Source: Octopus vulgaris (taxonomy: Eukaryota). Taken from it: 64,000 nt of DNA. The translations under genes and the position numbers were made by a program. This document shows, in pieces, positions 55,660 to 64,000 of the stretch; position 1 is the stretch's first letter, and every line of letters begins with the position of its first letter. The notes beneath the pieces are model-generated. The model was given only the letters and a program-made list of their open reading frames with translations, did not search any database and was not told the DNA's origin. The DNA lies in assembly GCA_951406725.2 (NCBI GenBank), contig OX597814.1:141174001-141238000 (forward strand). Direction: 5' to 3'.

Positions 55660-56810
55660 TAGGAGTGGGATTAAGTCGATTAGATCGATCCCAGTGATCA
55701 ATTGGTACTTAATTTATCGATCTCGAAAGGATGAAAGGAAGAGTCAACCTCGGAGGGATTTAAACTCAAAACATAAAAACGGACGAAATGCCGCTAAGCT
55801 TTTTTGTCCGGCGTGCTAACGATACTGCCGGCTCGCCGCCCTCTGTTAATGATAATATTGGTTTCAAATCTTCGTCAGTAATTTCTGAGGCGGGTTTAAG
55901 TCAATGACATCGACCCACGGTATTCAACTGGTACTTATTTAATGACTGTGAAAGGAGGTAAAGAAAAGTCGACCGGTGTAATTTGAACTCCGAACCGAAA
56001 GGCAGACAACGCGCCGCTAGGCATTTTGCCCGGTGTGCCTACGATTCTGACAACTCACCGCCTTGTGTATCCTTAATATTAATTACAAGAGTTCTGAGTT
56101 CAAATTCCGCCGAGGCCGACTTTGCCTTTCATCTTTTCGGGGTCGATAAGTTAAGTAGCAATTGTGTACTGGGGTCGATGAAATCGACTGGCCCCACTCT
56201 CCAAAAATTTCGGGTCTTGTGCCTAAAGTGGAAAAGAATATTAATTACCAGATGTTCGTCTGTCTTTACGTTCTGGGTTCAAATTCCACCGAGGTCGACT
56301 TTGCCTTTCATCCTTTCGCGGTCGATAAATTAAGTACCAGTTGCGTACTGGGGTTCATCTAATCGACTGGCCTCCTCCCCCAAAATTTCGGGCCTTGTGC
56401 CTAGAGTAGAAAAGAATATTAACCATAAGATAACGAAATGCTTAGTGCCATTTCTTCTGGCTTTACGTTCTGAGTTCAAATTTTGCTGACGTTGACTTTG
56501 CCTTTCATCCTTTCGCGGTCGATAAATTAAGTACCAGTTGCGTACTGGGGTTCATCTAATCGACTGGCCTCCTCCCCCAAAATTTCGGGCCTTGTGCCTA
56601 GAGTAGAAAAGAATATTAACCATAAGATAACGAAATGCTTAGTGCCATTTCTTCTGGCTTTACGTTCTGAGTTCAAATTTTGCTGACGTTGACTTTGCCT
56701 TTCAGTCTTTCGGGGCCAATAAAATAAGTATTAATCGAACCCTCGGATCGATGTATTCAACTCATCCCCCCACCCCATCAAAATGGCTAGCCGTACACCA
56801 AAGTCAAAGA
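55660..56810. mobile_element. Cluster of SINE family B copies (two minus, about four plus) including an exact 197-bp tandem duplication
   Basis: gactttgcctttca recurs at 56297, 56494 and 56691 with identical intervening sequence. Confidence 0.85.
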
Positions 56811-56848
56811 ATATTAATTAGAAGAGAACTTCTCTAGTCTTTCAACTT

Positions 56849-57245
56849 TTAGACATCAACTACAGAGTCATTATTAAGATCGCATGGCAGATGTGACAGC
56901 ATAGTTAAGGTCTCTTGATTAGAAAACCAGTCTTGATACATGGTCGACCTCATAACATTCTTAATACAAGCTAAGACAGCGAAAGATCTTTGAACCACTG
57001 AAGTCATTACTGTTAAGCAGTAAACGACTGGAAGTGCTATAATTACATTTGGCCAGAGTAAGTCATGAAGCTGCTCATTAAGTTTGTTTAACAATTCAAT
57101 TGATAGAACTTGTGTTGGAGAAATATATGATTTATTATTGATTTGAAAAGGAATATTTCATCTTTCATGTCAATTGATATACCGATGATATTATAGAGAT
57201 CACACATTAAATTACTTCTGTTTATTTTCTATTTCAGAGCAGTTC
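56849..57245 (-). pseudogene. Decayed hAT transposase C-terminal dimerisation domain
   Basis: WPNVIIAL..YCLTV.TS..QRSF..L..IKNVMRSTM.QD resembles hAT FPN...ERSFS.L..IK..LRSTM. Confidence 0.7.
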
Positions 57246-57392
57246 CAAATGCATCTACATAAATGATTAAAAAAAAGAAAAAAAAAAAGAAAAGAAAAAA
57301 GAAAAGAGCCATGTTGAGTCGTCTTGAATGTCAGAAATGTCTTAATTCAGTATGGAGTAAAATACTTCTAAATTTATTCTTGGCGATAGTAT

Positions 57393-57479
<87 letters not shown>

Positions 57480-57481
57480 GG

Positions 57482-57539
<58 letters not shown>

Positions 57540-57594
57540 CATACATACATACATACATACATACATACATACATACATACATACATACATGTAT

Positions 57595-58424
57595 ATTCTT
57601 TTATTCTTTTACTCGTTTCAGTCATTTGACTGCGGCCATGCTGGAGCACTGTCTTGAAGGGCATAGTTTTTTAAATCCTAGTTTTTTAAATCTTATTCTA
57701 TCGGTCTCTTTTGCTGAACCACATAAACACACCAACATCGGTTGTCAAACGATGGTGGGGTTACAAACACAGACACACAAATATATACATATATACGACA
57801 AGCTTCTTTCAGTTTCCGTCAACCAAATCCACTCACAAGGCTTTGGTCGGCCCGAGGCTATAGTAGAAGACACATGGCCAAAGTGCCACGCAGTGAGGCT
57901 TTATACTTATATATATGGATAAAAACAGTTTGATTCAAATTCCGTGTTACTTAAACTTTAAGTAACACGGAATCAAACTGTTTTGATCCATACATAAAAG
58001 TGTTGAGTGCCCTTCTTTCATTTGTCCCCTCACTCGTATTTGCTTACCAACCACATGGTTCCGGTTTCAGTCTTACTGCGTGGCACTTTGGGTAAGTGTC
58101 TTCTACTATAGCCTCGGGCCGTCCAAAGCCTAGTGAGTGGATTTGCTTAACGGAAACTAAAAGAAACCCCTGAAATTAGACTGCAGATGCCTGACTAGCA
58201 ACGGGAAGCGGCTGACCTCCCCTGTTTGAAGGTTATAATGGACACAGGTTCGTGTGTCACATAGCTAGCTAGAGGCAATGGCCTCTTGGAGCTAATCAAC
58301 GGTGCATTCGTCCTATATTTCTGGACTGCAATATTAGCTTGGCATTAACTATTAATATTAAACTATGTGAAACGAAGACATTTCTCTTCCACTTTTTATA
58401 TATGTTTTCCACATACTTTCAACC

Positions 58425-58469
<45 letters not shown>

Positions 58470-58665
58470 AAGCTTGTGCGTCTGTGTTTGTCCACCAACA
58501 TCGCTTGATAACCGATGCTGGTGCGTTTACGTCCCTGTAACTTAGTTATACCGATAGAATAAGTATTAGGCTTACGAAGAATATGTCCTGGGGTCGATTT
58601 GCTCGACTAAAGGGGGTGCTCCAGCATGGCCGCAGTCAAATGACTGAAACAAGTAAAAGAATAAA
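57595..58665. mobile_element. Two head-to-head SINE family A copies (57595-57897 minus; 58041-58665 plus, interrupted)
   Basis: Both match the family A consensus; hairpin between them; foreign insert at 58170-58425. Confidence 0.8.
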
Positions 58666-58675
58666 ATAATATATA

Positions 58676-58729
<54 letters not shown>

Positions 58730-60050
58730 TAGGTGTATAGATGAATGTATATTTTAGGTTCGCATGTGTGTGTGTGTGTGTGTGTGTCTGTCTCTGTCTG
58801 TCTTTCTCTGTGTGTTTGTCTCTCTCTCAGTCTCTGTCTGTCTTCTCTCTGCCTCTTTCTCTCCCCTATCTCTCTCCCTCTCTCTGTCTCCCTCACTTTC
58901 TTTCTCTCTCTCTCTCCCTCTTTCTTTCTCTCTCCCTCTGTCTTTCTCTCTCCCTGTCTCCCCTCCCTCTGTCTTTCTCTCTCTCTGTCTGTCTCTCTCT
59001 GTCTTTGTCTCCCTGTTTCTGTTTCTGTCTGTTTGTCTGTCTGTCTCTCTCTAGATTTATTTGCATCACTTCTTTTATCTTCATTATGGAACTTTTTCAT
59101 TTTCTATCTCTTGGTAAATTCTGTCGGTTTCCAATATTTTCAGGAACAACTTTTAATTTCATTGAGAAAACCGTCTATTTTTTTCAATAGGCCCATATAT
59201 GTGTGGTTAGAGAGCTCACTTTGCAACCACGTGTTTTGGGGTTCAGTGCCACCACCACGTGACATCTTTGGCAAGTATCTTTTACTATAGTCTTGGACTA
59301 TATTTGGTAGCCAGTCATATATGTATGTATGTATGTATGTATGTCCGTGTTTGTCCCATCTCCATCACCTGACAACAGGTGTCGGTTTGTTTATGTCCCC
59401 GTAACTTAATTGATCAACAAAAGAGATCGATCGAATAAGTATCAGTCTTTGAAATATAAGTACTGGAGGTCGATCTGTTCGATTAAACCTTTCAAAGCGG
59501 TGCCCCAGCATGGCCGGAGTCCAATAACTTTCACTTTAATCATAGCATTCCTAAATCGAAATGTCACAATTAAACTATAATATTTTACATGCAGCCTTTT
59601 CCGTTTGAACAACTGGGTCGCAGGAGTTACGCGTGTATGAAAAAATTTACTGTAACGCAAAGAGACTATTCTCATTGATTTTCATGCTATAAACTGATAA
59701 TGCATTCCGATGGATTTTTTCGTAAAAAAAAAATAACCCATCATCCACACACAAAAAAAACCCTAAAAAAAAACAAGCAACCCGACCACATTTATGATTT
59801 TTTATGCATCCAAATATCAATTTCTAAATATAGAGTACAATAAGTATAAATAAAAGCATTTGAAGTGAAATACATTACCGAATAAATACGAATTGTAATA
59901 TTGTAGTAGGATACGTATACAAAAGCTGCTGAGTACGATGTAAGGGATGGTGGTGATTGAATGACTGTTACTGGGTGGATGAATGGCACTATCTTCTATC
60001 TTGTAGTTCATCATCATCTGCTTCATAGGCGAAGAACTTACCTAAAGTTG

Positions 60051-60298
60051 TGCATATATGCCATTTGAATATGGCTAACCCAAAAGGGTGGGTGCTATTG
60101 TAGTTTGTAGCCCCAGGAAGACACCTCCTCCCGCTGGCTATAGACATCCTCCCCCGGGGAGGATGACTCCCCTTCACAAATACTGACAGGACACATATAG
60201 TGTGTCTATAGCCAGCGGGAGGAGGTGTCTTCCTGGGGCTACAAACTACAGTAGCATCCACCCTTTTGGGTTAGCCATATTCAAATGGCATATATGCA
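60051..60298. repeat. 96-bp-arm inverted repeat (fold-back element)
   Basis: 60051-60146 is the reverse complement of 60203-60298 with about two mismatches; 56-bp spacer. Confidence 0.9.
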
Positions 60299-60804
60299 TC
60301 ACGTTGTGTTACCGCTACTGTTTATAACTCGCTCTGAGATTTATCATTACCTAAAGTTATTTGATGTTTAAGGTGCACGATCTCTTTATACAAAGACGTC
60401 TACTAACTGAAGTTTTTGAAACTCCTCTTAAAATGTTCGTTAGATATACATACGTCATACGTATCACTATTTTGGTTTGACTTCATTATTACAACCAACA
60501 CGAGTCGTTGCCAGTACAAACTACCCGATATTGCATCCATATATCCGTGTGTGCGCGTGTACGTATTTGCGTGCACGTGCAAGGTCTGGGTGTGTCGGGC
60601 GGGTGGGTTGTGCATATGTGAGCGTGGAGTTTTGTGCTTCTGTTTGTCTCTTACCACTGACGACCGGTGTTGGTTTGCGTACGTTCCTGCAACTTAGCAG
60701 TTTGGGGCTGGACGAACGCATTTTGAAACATGTATAAAAAACGAAATACACACACACACACACACACACACACATGTGCACACATACATGCATGCATCTA
60801 TCTA

Positions 60805-60869
<65 letters not shown>

Positions 60870-61292
60870 ATACTTCTTTTAGTCATTTGATTGTGGCCAT
60901 TCTGGAGCACCGGTTTGAATGGTTTAGTCGAACAAATCTCCTCCAGTTCTTAACTTTTAGGCTTGGTACTCATCCTACGGGTCTTTTTTGTTGAATCGCT
61001 ACTTACGGAAATGTAAACAAAACAAGCCGGTTGTCAAGCAGTGGTGGGAGACAAAGACAGCACAAATACGAAAAAACATCGACGCGCACACACATACACA
61101 CACACACACATACACACACACACACATACACGACGGGCTTCCTCACAGTTTTCTTCTACCAAATCCATTCACAAGGCATTGCTCTGCCCTTGTCTTTGTT
61201 GAAATAAACTTGGCCAAGGTGCCACGGTGTGAGGAGGAACACGAAACCATTAGTTGCAAGCGAACATCTTAACGACACAGTCATGACGGCGC
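60870..61292 (-). mobile_element. SINE family A (diverged)
   Basis: gtcatttgattgtggcc...ccggttgtcaagc...gccaaggtgccacg. Confidence 0.75.
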
Positions 61293-61345
61293 CCACACAC
61301 ACACGCGCGTGCGCGCTCACACACACATGTATATATGAATGCATG

Positions 61346-61393
<48 letters not shown>

Positions 61394-61585
61394 CGAGTAC
61401 ATACATACATGCATACGTACATACATACATACATATATACATACGCACACAGATATACATACAGGTATATAAATATATCTTATATATACAGACATGCATA
61501 ATAAATAATATATATGTATTTTATAGACGTACTTATATATAAATATATATATATATAATATATATATATGTACATTCTACCCCAC

Positions 61586-61619
<34 letters not shown>

Positions 61620-62724
61620 GAACAGGCCAGGCAAGTAAAGGTGAATGCACATATATTTGATATATTTGTGCGCATAAAGCGAGCTATGCAAAAATGCAAG
61701 CAGGCATAAATAATTGCTTTCCTGAATGCAATCCTAAGTTTGTGTTTGTTGAATGCCCATAATAATTTATAGCGGGGGAAACAAGACCAAGATAATAAGA
61801 AAGAATTGAAGAGAAACATTGCTGGTCGAATGTAACGATATGTTTGCTCATGTCGTGGATTCTGTTTAACGAGCCGTTAATGTATTATTACAGACATGAG
61901 CCAACGAGCGACGTTCTTACAGCTTGGGGGGTTATCATTCTCTAACTTATTCAGATATTTGAATGCAATATTTGTCGTCGAATCTCACTGTTTAATCGCA
62001 GCCATAGCACAATACTCGTAAAGCAAATACACAACAACAGAGTAGACGGTGATATGAATCTAATGGGAAATAACTCAATGGTGAAGCAATGTGGATCGGT
62101 ATTATATAATTGGACAACCGGAATATTTCTATGAGCTGCGTCCTGGTTAATGTCGTTGCTATTATTTTATAGATACGTCCAGCTGTTGCAGTTTAGTATA
62201 TTTCTCATTTATTATTTTCCCCAGATCAATATAACAATCAGTGGTAATTATTTGTAATTCGGTATTGGAGGGTGGGGGGCTATTTACCAATTCTGCAATA
62301 TTTTTCTATGGGGAAATTCTGTGTATTCTTCCAATACAGCATGAGACTTTACTTGGTGAATCAGTGCTTGTCATACTGTCACCGATAACAACCATTCTCA
62401 TTTCAAATAAAGCAAACGTCTTCTTATCCGGCACTCAAAATACCGGAACTGCGAAGCAACTGGCACCGAGAACAAAATGTATTGTTAATTAGAGTCTAGA
62501 GAATTTGTGCTAATTTGTGTGAATTAATTAATCGTCATTAAAAGAAAGAAAATTTGAACTGCATAGCTCGCTGCTTCTCAAAGTAATGTATAGTATTTTA
62601 TTTTACTGCATTTACGGTACTTGTATTCTTTTGAGGTTAATAAAACTTGTACTTTAATTATAATTTTAATTCTTCCAATTTCTCTCTCATTTCTACTACA
62701 CTTAGAATATTAATGATAATCTTA

Positions 62725-63530
62725 GTATCACATTTTGGTATAAGGCTGGCAGTTAAGTCGACTCCAGTGCTCAACTTGTACTTATTTTATCAACTCCGAA
62801 AGGTTGAAAGGTAAAGTCGACCTCAGCGGAATTCGAACTTAGAACATGCAGACAAACGAAATGTCGCTAAGCATTTTGCCCGGCGCAGTAACGATTCTGC
62901 CAGCACGCCGCCTTGTATTAATGATAAAATTGGTTTTCAAATTTTGGCACAAGGCCAGTAAGTTCGGGAAATGGGAAGTCGATTGCATTGACCCCAGTGC
63001 TCAACTGGTACGCATTTTATCGACCCCCCAAAAGACTAAAGGCTAAGTCGATCTTGGTGGAATTTGAACTCAGAACGTGCAGACGGACGCAATGCATCTA
63101 GAGATTTTGCCCGGTGTGCCAACGATTCTGCCAACATGCCGCCTTGTATTAATGATAATACTGATGTATCTTTTTATCTTTTATTTGTTTCAGCCATTAG
63201 ACTGAGGCCATGCTGGGGCATCGTCTCGAAGAATGTTTTTTTTAGTCGAGTGAATCGAACCCACTACTTATTTTTTAAAAGCCTAGTACTTGTTTTATCG
63301 GTCTCTTTTGCTGAATTGCTACCGTACGGTGACGAAAACATACCAACACCGGTTGTCAACACACACACACATATGACGGCTTGTTTCAGCTTTTGTCCAC
63401 CAAATCCATTCAGAAGGATTTAGTCGGCCCGAGGTTATAGTCGAAGACATACTTCAAGTGTCACGCAGTGGGACTGAACCCGGACCCATGTGGTTGGGAA
63501 GCAAACGTCTTACCACACAGCCGCGCCTAT
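62725..63530 (-). mobile_element. SINE cluster: two family B copies and one family A copy
   Basis: aaagtcgacctcagcgg-type core twice, then cgcagtgggactgaacccggacccatgtggttgg. Confidence 0.8.
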
Positions 63531-64000
63531 ACAGAGTTTTAATGAATTTTGTAAAGATGCTTTAATGATTTAAAAAGTGATGATCAGATATCCGGAAAAT
63601 TCAGCTATCCGGCAATATTCTGGATCTAGAAGAGCTTACTGTAATGACAACATTAAATGTATAACATCTAGCTGTAGGAGCTTATTGTTCTTTCGTTAGG
63701 TTTTAGGGTTAATTTTGATTCTGCTCACAAAAGAGAACACAACGGCAATTCGGATCATCCATCCATTTAAAAGCAAGCTTCTTCCTATATTTCAGTGTCT
63801 CTTCTCTGGCCATTTAACACCGCTCCCGATCTCCTTCTATTATCCCTTCGCTTGTGATACCCTCAATTAAAAATGAGATGAGTGGATGTCCCTATCTGAG
63901 CAGGTGATAATTTTTCAGGTGGTGGTGAATGTGACATCAGAAAATTGAGGTATTTTACTGATACATCACCACCATCACTGCCGCCTCCGCCTCCGCCGAC

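Noticed and set aside
63585-63642. Possible pogo/Tigger-like MITE end (…gagcttactgta)
   Set aside because: No partner TIR found in the window.

Overview
AT-rich, microsatellite-saturated eukaryotic DNA with no host gene I can support; it reads as intergenic or intronic. The dominant tRNA-derived SINE families look like those of octopus/coleoid cephalopod genomes, which is an inference from recognition and not a search. The window is a nested stack of mobile elements: many SINE copies of about four modular families, non-LTR fragments (R4/Dong-like, RTE, L1/Tx1), a non-autonomous Helitron, and piggyBac, Tc1/mariner, hAT and long-TIR DNA elements. Most notable is a community of (TA)n-targeting Penelope-like elements (PLEs). 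One has an uninterrupted RT + GIY-YIG ORF (Hydra-clade-like, 26149-28311) with a ~3 kb repeat-built 3' UTR ending in a minimal hammerhead ribozyme. There are also Neptune- and Poseidon-type fragments and tiny fold-back derivatives. Together they carry at least eight hammerhead-like motifs, several with non-canonical cores (CUGUNGA, CCGACGA, UUGAUAA/GCAA), and one PLE tail contains a tRNA-like Pol III promoter half.
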